54,367 nt of DNA from Macrostomum lignano. Lineage: Eukaryota. Position 1 is the stretch's first letter. Every line of letters begins with the position of its first letter. The position numbers and the translations under genes are program-made. Location of the stretch: NCBI GenBank assembly GCA_002269645.1, contig NIVC01000564.1, forward strand, positions 1 through 54,367, in the 5' to 3' direction. Of this stretch, positions 1-11,506 are shown piece after piece. The notes below the pieces were generated by a model that saw only the letters and a list, made by a program, of their open reading frames with translations, was not told the origin of the DNA and made no database searches.

Positions 1-56
1 TCCTAAAGACCTGGAAGTGGACACTGTCCAATGGGGGCGGTCCAACTCAGGCCGAT
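1..56. repeat. Left TIR (1-26, truncated by window edge) plus subterminal inverted repeat (38-56)
   Basis: 38-56 cggtccaactcaggccgat is the reverse complement of 3614-3632 with 1 mismatch. Confidence 0.85.
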
Positions 57-416
57 CCTACCTAACCAAACAAGGCAGCCCATGCCATTTTCTATAGGGT
101 TTTCAGTATCAACTCGATGATACAGCGCTGAAAAGTCATATCCCTGAATTTTTTAAAGTCCTTATTGTAACGAAATAAACGAAAAGTTTCATGAGGCCTT
201 TTATAAGAAACAATTATGCATAAAACTGGTAAACCATAGGCTATATAAACATAAAAAGGGTTTTAATCAAACTTACCAGGGTTGAAGGATCATCGGACAT
301 CAGAAAGGCAGTAATTATGCATCAGGATAAACTGGGAGCTTACTCGTAAATAAAATAATTAGCAGTAACTCGAATCGTCAAACAATGAAGCTTATAAAAA
401 TATACTATTACGAGTA

Positions 417-3296
417 CTAAGGATTCAATTTGGCCAGTTTGCGAGAGCAGTCCTCAGTTCTCTTCTGTTCTCCCGATTTCCGTTTGCCTACAACGGATGG
501 GCGGTTAGCTTCAGAAGAAAGGTTTTTCAGAAAACAGTTTAGGAGTCGGAAAGAAAACTGCCGAATGACTTGTCTAAGTGAATGATTGAGCAGCGGAAGC
601 GACGAGCCGAAAATTTTGCACAGTTTTGAGTTTTTACTATCACGACTGATGCGAATGTTTGATGCGGTTTAAAGCTAAGAAGCTTCTGCAGCAGCTGCTT
701 GGAGCCCTTGATGAGCTCAAACGAATTGAACGCTGTCATGCAGAGAACGAAAGCAGAATCCGATGGACAGCACAGTCCTCCCCGTGATGACTGTCGAACT
801 AGGAAATCACGATTAGGAGCATCGTCGAGAGTCACTTCCATTGGAGGGACCTTGTCTTCGCTCACCAAAAATTCTCTACAATCAGCACATCCCTTGCTGA
901 TGGACTTTGAAAGGTAACCTGCTATGTAGAACATCACGTTCAAACAGCCCATCTCGTTACTGCGCAAGGTCATGCATGGCTCATCTGACACATCAGCGAA
1001 GATTTCTGCTGCTCTTAGACTAACGTCAGTGTCTTCCTGCTCAACATCCTTCATGAAAGACTTCTTTAAGCGTAGCAAGTCTATTTCCGAGTGCTTAAGC
1101 AATGAAGTCATTCTAAGTTTATTCTCGGACTGAACGACCTGCTTTGCACTGATAAAATACAATCCGCCGGACATCTGCCTGTACTTTCCGAACTGCCTTT
1201 CAAAGGATCGGACAACAACTTTCCCAGCAGAATGTAGTCAAAGTGGCCAGTAGAAAAAAGTTTCGCACACAATAGTGGAATGGCTGAGCATGTTTGAATG
1301 AGGCTGCAAATGTCTCGTTTGTCAGACCATCTGCGCCTGTTGATACCGCTCGCCACTTCTTTAGGAAGCCAACAAAGTCAGCAAGGTACTGGAGCTGCCA
1401 GTCTTGCATATTAGTTAGCGGCTCACTTTCCGGTCTTCTTAATTGTTGACCGGCGAATGGCGTTCGAACATTCAATATTGCCCACAGCTTCCTGATCATG
1501 GACAAGAAATTGGCTGTGCTATTGAACGTTGAAGTGTCTACCTCCGTGCTCTTTGTGCTTGAATACAGTCTGAGTGCAGAAACTGTTGTGTCATCGAACA
1601 CAGCTGCAGCCAGTGAAGCACTAGTTCTCTCGACATTAAGAGGACGTAAAACCTTCTCCGACAGACGGAAGGCAATCTTTGACGACTGACCTCTTTCAAT
1701 TTCAAAAATAGCCTCAACATCACTGAACCTTGCCACAAAGTTGCTGCAATTGTCGAACGCTGGACAGTGAAATACACCTCGTCTCTGAAAGTTGTTATAC
1801 ACATTTTTAATGTTGTGAGTAGTGTCCATCAGCAAGAAGATTTCTTTCTGATCGTCACATGGATGTCGCATAGACAGCCCATGTTCAGGTACAGCTGACA
1901 TTGAGTAAAACTTTCGGTTGACAGAGGAGTTGTCACAGGACAATGCAACAATTTCAAATCCACTCTTTGTGACAGCCGCAATCACTTCCTTGGCCATGTT
2001 GCATAAGTCCAGAGCGGTCAAGCAGTTAACAGGAAATAGACCGACAACATCCTGATAGGATGCGCCGACGGACTTGATTAGAAAGGCAAGAATTGAGGAG
2101 GTCATTTTACCGTCACTCGCAAGGCCGTAAGCAGAGTCGCAATTGAACTCGATTCTTTTAGCTGTTGCGACCTCATCAATAATGAGCACAACGTGCTTCT
2201 CTCTGCTAGACAGTGACTCTGTCCTCAACTGCAGGTACATTTCCTCAACCACTCCAGGCTCCTTCGAAAGAACAGCATTTAGCCTGACAAGGCTTCTTAC
2301 AGATGGTAGGCAGAGGGCACCATTTTCTAGGATTGCCTTATAGGCGGCACGACTTGTCGAAAAGATCAAGTACGCAAACACAGTTGTTGATGGTGAATAT
2401 CGTCGAGCAGATACTTTTTGATGAATCAGTGAGAACTGTTCAGCTAAGAAATTGACATTGCTGCTCAGTTCAGAATCATCACTCAAAGATTCGAGGTAGA
2501 CTTTTAAAACGCCTTCAACAAATGCAGACGACACATTTGAATTGCGAGAGTCAACAGCAACAGTAGCCGAAGACTTAATCAAGGCTAACATGTTTTCTAA
2601 AGTCGAAAGCTGACGCACATGTAGCGAGTCATCTTTGAGCAGGTGTTTAAACATGCTATCAGAGCAAGAAAGGCCAGAGATGAAGACTTGGAAGGTAAGG
2701 TCCTGCAGTACTGTCATAGAGGCAAGCAGACAAGGAGCTGAAATCGAGTCAGATCTTGTTATCAAGTAAAACGAGACTGAATCTGCTTCCTTACTTCTGA
2801 CGAATCCAGAGGGAATCGTCGCTTGTTCCAGCTTTTGAATCAAATCGCTGAAATCGCACAACTCGTCGGAGCCAAAAAAGTCGCTGATTTCCTCATCTAA
2901 GCGGACTTGGTCTCCCATGAAGCGCGCAGCGGAAGTGGCATTTTGACTTCTTACCTGCGTAATTGGCTTGCTCAGGTATTTCGGCAAGCCTTCAAATTGA
3001 GATGGAACTGCATCGTCTTTGAGTCGAATCAGATGCAGCTTTGAATCAGATGCAGAAAAGCGTCGTTTCTTCCGGCGTTGATTCGCATCCGATGAACTCT
3101 TCACGAAATCTGATTCAGTGAAATGCTTCGAGCAGACGCGTTGAAATTCGGAAGCATTTAAATCAGCATTTGGAATGGCGCGAAGCCAGCGCTGTCGCAA
3201 GTTGGTGTCTTTAGGAAAAGCATAATAGCTCACATTTTCTGTCTTCTGCGACGCGTAGCCAGATTTGCAGCCAAATACACAGCACTTGTAACCCAT
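417..3296 (-). pseudogene. P-element-type transposase (~960 aa when restored), interrupted by three 1-bp deletions near 1302, 1201 and 588
   Basis: THAP C2CH N-terminus (MGYKCCVFGC...YAFPKD...WLRAI...VCSKHF); catalytic core VLIIDE, LSCDN, MDTTHNIKNVYNN. Adjacent frames supply IQTCSAIPLL...DYILLGKLLSDPL[E]RQFGKYRQMSGG and then C..H..LLNCFLKN...RKLAKLNP* (stop 417-419). Confidence 0.88.
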
Positions 3297-3613
3297 TATG
3301 ATGCTTGCAAATGAGAGGATATTCAGTTTGATTATGAACACACGAAAGCTTACTTAAATGCAGCTCGATAGGGGCATAAGAGTTATGTGTGCATTCAACA
3401 GTGCGTCATCATGTTTAGAATTCGTACACTCATGTACAATGCGCTCCTTTCATATTGAATCAGTCTTTATTTGGACAGTGATTTTCTCTGCACTCTCTAT
3501 CCTCTCAGTCCACTCAACCCCTTCTCTATCCTTCGTTCCTCCCTTTTTCGAGTCGCTTTACTAGCCCCTGCAAGAAAATGTTTTTCCTCTTTGTCCTCTC
3601 TCCCAAAAAAGTT

Positions 3614-3685
3614 ATCGGCCTGGGTTGGACCGGCCTGGAGGGCCTGAATATTGCAGTGTCACTTCCAGGTCTTTAGGATTCCCTG
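3614..3685. repeat. Right subterminal inverted repeat (3614-3632) plus TIR (3654-3685)
   Basis: atcggcctgggttggaccg and cagtgtcacttccaggtctttaggattccctg mirror the left end. Confidence 0.85.
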
Positions 3686-3879
3686 GACTGACTGACTAAA
3701 CTTTCTTGTTCCAAAATGGTGAGAACGCAGACGCAACACTCTAGATAGCTAATGGACAATTCGGACTCCGCCTATGCGCGCAGTTAAGAATAATAAAAGA
3801 AAGGGGGGAGAGAGAGAGCGGGAGATAAGACTCTGCTGCCAGTTCTCAGCACACGCTGACCACCACCTGCGCTGGCCAC

Positions 3880-4010
3880 ATGCACGCAGTTTTGCTACTT
3901 GATTGACAGCCCCGCCCCGATCTGGTTCGCAAAGCTATAGCTGCTGCTCCCTCTCTCTCTGCGACCCTTATGTGGTTTGGGAAAAGCGGGTTTTATAAGA
4001 GGAGTGTGGA
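3880..4010 (+). promoter_or_regulatory. Candidate promoter/regulatory region upstream of prep: TGATTGACAG (3900-3909), GC box ccccgcccc, TATA-like tttataag
   Basis: Motif content only; no transcript evidence. Confidence 0.3.
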
Positions 4011-4228
4011 AGTTTTGTTGGACTTGTGTCGAGAGCCGCTTCGGGGCGGCCTGGCTGAGACGTCTTATGCGGGGAATGGGGGTTGGAGGGACTTCTTCCT
4101 CAGATTCACGGTCGTCTTGCCGAGCATGCTAATTTACTAGCGAGAGTTGCGCTGATCGTTAGGACTTTACTAGTATATTTTGATTGATAATTTTGTTTTT
4201 GCGCCAAAATCTCCAGGCTGAGTAACCA

Positions 4229-4584
4229 CACCCTCCCAGATCTTCAGGCTTGAGCAGTCACCCTCCCAGATCCTCAGGTTTGAGCAATCACTCTCTCAGA
4301 TCCTCAGGTTTGAGCAATCACTCTCTCAGATCCTCAGGTTTGAGCAGTCACTCTCTCAGATCCTCAGGTTTGAGCAGTCACTCTCTCAGATCTTCAGGCT
4401 TGAGCAGGTACCCTCCCGGATCTTCAGGCTTGAGCAGTCACCCTCCCAGATCTCTCAGGTCATCCTCATATTAGACTTCCACAATCCAAGATCCTCATGT
4501 TCGACTTCCACAATCCAAGATCCTCATGTTGGACTTCCACAATCCAAGATCCTCATGTTGGACTTCCACAATCCAAGATCCTCA
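4229..4584. repeat. Two adjacent minisatellites: 30-bp unit x~7.5 (4229-4460) and 29-bp unit x~4 (4474-4584)
   Basis: Units ccctcccagatcctcaggtttgagcagtca and gacttccacaatccaagatcctcatgttg. Confidence 0.9.
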
Positions 4585-7500
4585 GACCTGGTCGTCATTC
4601 TTTAAGCTTCTTTAAGCTGTTTGAAATGCCTTATACCGGTAAGTAATATCTTCTATTCAGAATAGGTAATATTAGTTCTATCTCATATTTGTCATGTTCA
4701 GTTTCAAAGTTATATTTCAAAGAGTTACATGCAGGGTAGAGTGTGCAGCCCGGTCAAATGGTCAGTCAGCATTCTGGGGATGGAGGGATTAGCATCTATC
4801 CTCATTTTCTTCGCCCATCTATACCAATTCCGAGCTTCGCCCTCAGGTTAAACCCTGGCGCAATCGCTTGCCTCTCTTTTTAGTGTCGAAATTCTTCTGG
4901 TCTGGCCGTGTCTTCCCTTCTTAATTCCAGTTTTTTTGCTTTCTCCCCCCCCTCCCTCCCCTCTAAGGCTCCCCTCTCGCTGCCTCGCCCCCGCGGAGCT
5001 ACACCTGTTGCGGCCCGACAGGCCATGCAGAAGAGAAAGAGAAGAATATATGAAGAGAATGCGAAAGAGAGAGATAGAGAGAGAGCTTATACCGCTGCTG
5101 CTGCTCTGGTGAATCATGCAACCCCCGACTGTTCAAATTGCTGCCGCCGCCACTGCTGCGGCAATAAGCTCCTTTGTCAGGCCCGCTGTGCTCTCTCTCT
5201 CTCTCTCTTTTTCATTTCTCTCTTCACCGATCCGTTGCCTATCCGCTAACCCAGTCTAATACTAATACTAAGCTAAATAATATATTCATTTAGGACAATA
5301 AAGGTATCGAGTCCTATTTAATTCTTATTGTCCGCTAAGCGCATGCGTGTGTGGCTATTCTGATTCCCCAATAGTTAATCTGTCCAACTATACTAAAAAG
5401 CAACAGTTGGTGCTTTTACTGACCGTATGGTGCTTTTGCCTGAGCATTCCTTCCCAATTTAATCTTTGCGTGCTATTGCTGGCTTCTCTGTCTGTGTGTG
5501 CCACCGGCCTAATCATATTAGTATATATAGAAATGATTATTATGCCTTCCCCATGAGGCCTTCAATAGAGCTCAGTGGTTAGTTGGTAAAGTGTTGAGCC
5601 ATTTTTTAATATTTGTGTCTGTTCAACCAATCGGGTTGCCATAGCGAATATTTGAACAGTATTCGGTTTCTTGTTGAGTCAAAGAGACTCTGCATGCGCT
5701 GCATAGAGAATCCCTTTTTCCGGATCGGGGGGGGGGGGCAAGGCTTGAAGGCGGAGATTGGCCAGCCCCGCCTTGTTCATAATTGAGGCCCTTTTCGACC
5801 CCCTACTCAGCTCCACCCCCACTTCGTTGCAAGCCGCTATAAGTTGGTGTCAATCACTGTTGATATGGGTGGCGAGCCAGCTGAGAACGGGTGGTGAGCA
5901 AGAGAAAGTTTCACTTCCCTTCTCTGAGGCTCGTCGAGCTGACCCCTCGCCCTCGCCCCCCCCCATAGCAGTAGCCTTCTACACTCGCGCTGCAAGGCCA
6001 AAGGAGCTGCTCTTGCGCTAGCTGTTAAAGAGAGACACTCGATCTCCTTAATGCCGCCTTATTATAGCCGCGAGATCGGAGTGTGGGGGGGGGGGCGGTT
6101 CCTGCCTCCTCGCCAACCGGCGGCGGCGAGTGTCCGATGATGGACACCTCTGAAGAGGCTTCTCCTTTATCCTCAACTCACAAGGACCTCAGCACTCGAT
6201 CTGGATTCTCGAATTCTTGCTCCCTTCTTTCCCGGTCAAGCGGGGAGTTAGATGCAAATTCAGCTACTAGAGCATTCAGTCAAGAGGATCTGTCACCGTT
6301 GGCGCTATACAGACCCGTTGATTAGGCCTATCTAGATGCTGCAATTGGAACTGACAGTCAGGTTGGAACAATTGGTAGTCTGCTGTTGGACTGGGATCCG
6401 GACCATGCAGTCTAAGACAGATTCCGCTCTATCTCTCTCTCCTGCTCCGACCTTTGCATTCAGTGACGTAACTGCCAATGTTTTATATTTATACAACTAA
6501 TTCTATGTAGATTCGAAATAAATAACTGATCGTAAAACGAGTGTATTATTGATACTTGGCCAGTCGTTGCACACACTGCACACACTGCACACACGCAAAA
6601 CACACTTGTGCTGCATGCAAGTCTTCAGCGGGGGACATCATCAAGCCTAACACAAACCAATTCAGGCTAAGGGATCAATCGGGACTTAAGCTACAGACTC
6701 CGCTAAATCGCCCTTCATCCCTTCGGTTCCTCCGGGTTGGGATCATAACTTTCGAGGGATTTAGCTGTTGAAATCCCCAACGATTCAATACGGTTTCTTC
6801 CGCATTGCGTTGGTGCTTATCTTTGTCTAGAAATATTTCTTGCTGTCTGCTTTCTGCATACCGATGATGTTTTAGAGACATTTACTTTTTTGATTTTGTC
6901 TTCTATCGTGGCTGCCTGAATGTTAGAAGTATTTTTGGCAAGAATTTCTCTTTTTAAAAACTGATTGACGCTTCAATTTCTGCTGGGTTTCGAGGCGAGC
7001 ATGGATTTTTGAGTATAGTATACAGATGTGTGACAATAGCAGGTGGCGCTGGATTCTGTGCCAGCATTTCTGTTTTACCTGTCAGACGAAGAAATTCAAA
7101 TTTTGAAAGACAAGCCTAGCAAGCAAACTCTCGGCTTGTCAATCGCCTTCCATTTCGCCTTCCCACTTCAGCGCTTCTTTTTCTCTGTCCCAGCTCCCAT
7201 TTTCCTTCCTGTTTTAAGAGGCTGCGGGATGAAAGGCCCGATTTGCTTTCAGGTTGATGGAGATTTCACTGTCTGCTTGGGAATATTCCGCTGCGGCAGA
7301 ATATTTTGGTAGAGTGAGGAGCGAGAATAAGTGACGGCTAGGTTAATCGGTTGGACTCAGAGTTCTTGGGTTGTCTCATGTTCTTGTCTAATATTGTCTC
7401 TCGTATTTGATGGGGTCGGCTTTATTTAAAAATCATTTCATCTTGAGTGGCAGAATTGAGACAGACGGGAAATCGCTTGCTTATTATTATTAGATGCCTA

Positions 7501-7628
7501 ATAGATGGATGACAATATTAGTCAATAAAAGTCGCTGTACGATTCGAAATACAAGAGTTGCGTGATTGAGTTAAAGAAAGGATAAGTGACAATGGGGTGG
7601 CGATGTATCGCAGTGTTTCTATAGATAT

Positions 7629-9520
7629 GAGAGTGACTTAGCGGCTAGAGAGATCGGAGAGTGACTTAGCGGCTAGAGAGATCGGAGAGTGACTTAGCGG
7701 CTAGAGAGATCGGAGAGTGACTTAGCGGTTAGAGAGATCGGAGAGTGACTTAGCGGTTAGAGAGATCGGAGAGTGACTTAGCGGTTAGAGAGATCGGAGA
7801 GTGACTTAGCGGTTAGAGAGGTCGGAGAGTGACTTAGCGGTTAGAGAGATCGGAGAGTGACTTAGCGGCTAGAGAGATCGGAGAGTGACTTAGCGGTTAA
7901 ATACATGTAGATCGGAGAGTGACTTAGCGGCTAGAGAGATCGGAGAGTGAGTTAGCGGTTAAATAGATCGGAGAGTGACTTAGCGGCTAGAGAGATCGGA
8001 GAGTGAGTTAGCGGTTAAATAGATCGGAGAGTGACTTAGCGGCTAGAGAGATCGGAGAGTGAGTTAGCGGTTAAATAGATCGGAGAGTGACTTAGCGGCT
8101 AGAGAGATCGGAGAGTGAGTTAGCGGCTAAATAGATCGGAGAGTGACTTAGCGGCTAGAGAGAGATTGGAGAGTGACTTAGCGGCTAGAGAGAGATCGGA
8201 GAGTGACTTAGCGGCTAGAGAGAGATCGGAGAGTGACTTAGCGGCTAGAGAGATCGGAGAGTGACTTAGCGGCTAGAGAGATCGGAGAGTGACTTAGCGG
8301 GACTTAGCGGCTAGAGAGATCGGAGAGTGACTTAGCGGCTAGAGAGATCGGAGAGTGACTTAGCGGTTAGAGAGATCGGAGAGTGACTTAGCGGCTAGAG
8401 AGATCGGAGAGTGACTTAGCGGCTAGAGAGATCGGAGAGTGACTTAGCGGCTAGAGAGATCGGAGAGTGACTTAGCGGTTAGAGAGATCGGAGAGTGACT
8501 TAGCGGTTAGAGAGGTCGGAGAGTGACTTAGCGGTTAGAGAGATCGGAGAGTGACTTAGCGGTTAGAGAGGTTGGAGAGTGAATTAGCGGCTAGAGAGAT
8601 CGGAGAGTGACTTAGCGGCTAGAGAGAGATCGGAGAGTGACTTAGCGGCTAGAGAGATCGGAGAGTGACTTAGCGGCTAGAGAGATCGGAGAGTGACTTA
8701 GCGGCTAGAGAGATCGGAGAGTGACTTAGCGGTTAGAGAGATCGGAGAGTGACTTAGCGGTTAGAGAGGTCGGAGAGTGACTTAGCGGTTAGAGAGATCG
8801 GAGAGTGACTTAGCGGTTAGAGAGGTTGGAGAGTGAATTAGCGGCTAGAGAGATCGGAGAGTGACTTAGCGGCTAGAGAGAGATCGGAGAGTGACTTAGC
8901 GGCTAGAGAGATCGGAGAGTGACTTAGCGGCTAGAGAGATCGGAGAGTGACTTAGCGGCTAGAGAGATCGGAGAGTGACTTAGCGGGACTTAGCGGCTAG
9001 AGAGATCGGAGAGTGACTTAGCGGTTAGAGAGATCGGAGAGTGACTTAGCGGTTAGAGAGATCGGAGAGTGACTTAGCGGTTAGAGAGGTCGGAGAGTGA
9101 CTTAGCGGTTAGAGAGATCGGAGAGTGACTTAGCGGCTAGAGAGATCGGAGAGTGACTTAGCGGTTAGAGAGATCGGAGAGTGACTTAGCGGTTAGAGAG
9201 ATCGGAGAGTGACTTAGCGGCTAGAGAGATCGGAGAGTGACTTAGCGGTTAGAGAGATCGGAGAGTGACTTAGCGGTTAGAGAGGTCGGAGAGTGACTTA
9301 GCGGTTAGAGAGATCGGAGAGTGACTTAGCGGTTAGAGAGATCGGAGAGTGACTTAGCGGTTAGAGAGGTCGGAGAGTGACTTAGCGGTTAGAGAGATCG
9401 GAGAGTGACTTAGCGGTTAGAGAGGTTGGAGAGTGAATTAGCGGCTAGAGAGATCGGAGAGTGACTTAGCGGTTAGAGAGATCGGAGAGTGACTTAGCGG
9501 CTAGAGAGATCGGAGAGTGA
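7629..9520. repeat. 28-bp minisatellite, ~65-67 copies
   Basis: Unit gagtgacttagcgg(c/t)tagagagatcgga. Confidence 0.97.
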
Positions 9521-9593
9521 CAAGCCTCTGTTCTCTGATTTGTGTCGAATTTAATTTATCGGTACATCTCGCCGCTCGCCCGTGCATTCTCAG

Positions 9594-10033
9594 CGCCCCA
9601 ACTCTGACCTCCGTGGAGCTGGCCGCCGCCCATCCGCAGCAAGAAAGCGAGAAGAAGTGCATCTACGCGCACCCTCTGTTTCCCCTGCTGGCCAGCGTGC
9701 TGGAACGATGCGAGGCGTCGACGGCTCAGTTGGACACGCAGACATCTGGCAAGGAGTCGCTTGACGCCGATGTTCAGGCGTTTCTGCAGCAGCACCAGCA
9801 GCAGCAGCAGCAACAGCGAGACTCTGCAACTGGCAGCGACAGCGGCGGCGGCAGAGGCAGCTTAGACTGCGGCTCCAACCCGGATTTGGACCAACTGATG
9901 ATCGAAGCTGTCCAGGTGCTCGGCATTCACATTATTGAATTGGAGAAGGTCAATGAATTGTGCCGCGACTTCTGCTCGAGGTATATTAATACCGTGCGGT
10001 GCCGCTATCAGCAAGCCGACTTTCTGCAGCACG
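9594..10033 (+). CDS. PKNOX: PREP/PKNOX TALE homeobox gene, MEINOX (HR1/HR2) exon
   Basis: IYAHPLFPLLASVLERCE and DQLMIEAVQVLGIHIIELEKVNELCRDFCSRYI, which is Prep-type (ELEKVNELC.DFC). Acceptor ttctcag at 9593, donor gtgcgt at 10034 (phase 1). Confidence 0.9.
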
Positions 10034-10067
10034 GTGCGTGTTCGCTTTAAACTTCATTCGTGTTTAA

Positions 10068-10935
10068 TGAAGCCCTGAGTCTTAGTTCAAACCCATGAGT
10101 CTCAATTCAAACCCCTGAGTTTCAATTCAAACCCCTGAGTCTCAATTCGAACCCCTGAGTCTCAACTCAAACCCTTGAGTCTTAACTTTAAACCATTCTT
10201 ACGCTTAGTTGAGATCGATCAGTTTAGTCTATGCACTATTTCAATTCAAACTCCTAAATATGGATCGAAAGCCCTAAATCTTCAGTCCGAACTCCCTGAG
10301 TCTTCAGTCCGAACTCCCTGAGTCTTCAGTCCGAACTCCCTGAGTCCTCAGTCCGAACTCCCTGAGTCTTCAGTCCGAACTCCCTGAGTCTTCAGTCCGA
10401 ACTCCCTGAGTCCTCAGTCCGAACTCCCTGAGTCTTCAGTCCGAACTCCCTGAGTCTTCCGAACTCCCTGAGTCTTCAGTCCGAACTCCCTGAGACTTCG
10501 GTCTGAAATCCCAGAGTCTTCAGTCCGAACTCGCAGAGTCTTCAGTCCGAACTCCCCGAGTCTTCAGTCCGAACTCCCCGAGTCTTCAGTCCGAACTCCC
10601 TGAGTCTTCAGTCCGAACTCCCCGAGTCTTCAGTCCGAACTCCCCGAGTCTTCAGTCCGAACTCCCTGAGTCTTCAGTCCGAACTCCCTGAGTCTTCAGT
10701 CCGAACTCCCCGAGTCTTCAGTCCGAACTCGCAGAGTCTTCAGTCCGAACTCCCTGAGTCCTCAGTCCGAACTCCCTGAGTCCTCAGTCCGAACTCCCCG
10801 AGTCTTCAGTCCGAACTCCCTGAGTCTTCAGTCCGAGCTCTTCGAGTCTTCAGTCCGAACTCCCTGAGTCCTCAGTCCGAACTCCCTGAGTCCTCAGTCC
10901 GAACTCCCTGAGTCTTCAGTTAAGAACTCCCCTGA
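10068..10935. repeat. 20-bp repeat (~10068-10190) and 22-bp minisatellite (~10276-10935, ~30 copies) sharing the ccctgagtct core
   Basis: Units aaacccctgagtctcaattc and tcttcagtccgaactccctgag. Confidence 0.93.
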
Positions 10936-10964
10936 GCCGCCGTCCCGCCCTGTGCCGCCCGCAG

Positions 10965-11506
10965 ACTCCATGCCCAATTCGCCCAGTTCCGAGTCGGGCG
11001 ACGCTTCGCCCTCGACGGCGGCGGCAGCCGGCGGCCAGTCGCATTCGCAGCAGCCGCACGCGACGGCGGCAGCAGCCGCGGCGGCCGCCGCAGCAGCAGC
11101 AGCGGCCATCCATTCCGGCAACGGAGGCAGCCAAAACGGCTTCTACGGTGGCCACCCGTCGCACCTGTACCCCGATCATCATCACGCTCATCAGCATCAT
11201 CACCTGCTGCACAGCGGCGGCGGCAGCGGCGGCCCAGCTTATCCCCACTATGCATATCCCGGCTCGGCAGCGGCGCCCAGACAGCCCGGCCACCATCCGG
11301 GCTTGATGCCGACTGGCGGCGGCGGCGGCACTCATATTCCGCTTCCGCTGCATCAGCAGCAGCACCATCAGCAGTCCAGCCATCACCATCACCACCAGAT
11401 GGGCAGTCCAACAGATTCGTTAGACGATAAAAACAAGCAAAAACGCGGCGTTTTACCGAAACGCGCTACGCAGATAATGAAACAGTGGCTATTTCAGCAT
11501 CTAGTG
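10965..11506 (+). CDS. PKNOX: PREP/PKNOX exon: low-complexity linker plus first half of homeodomain
   Basis: Acceptor cccgcag at 10964 matches phase 1 (G|AC = Asp). Ends KNKQKRGVLPKRATQIMKQWLFQHLV; donor gtgagt at 11507 (phase 0). Confidence 0.92.

Larger units (their letters stand above)
1..3685 (-). mobile_element. P-superfamily (THAP-domain) DNA transposon, near full length; left terminus about 7 bp outside the window
   Basis: Bases 1-26 (tcctaaagacctggaagtggacactg) are the reverse complement of 3654-3678 with one extra G. The right end continues to ...gattccctg (3685), giving a CAGGG terminus typical of the P superfamily. The internal ORF encodes a THAP + DDE transposase. Confidence 0.9.

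Noticed and set aside
5565-5610. tRNA A-box-like gctcagtggttag
   Set aside because: No B-box at the expected distance; at most a decayed SINE fragment.
7629-9520. CRISPR-like appearance of regular ~28-bp repeats (also 27529-27866)
   Set aside because: Units are head-to-tail with no unique spacers, there are no cas genes, and the context is eukaryotic.
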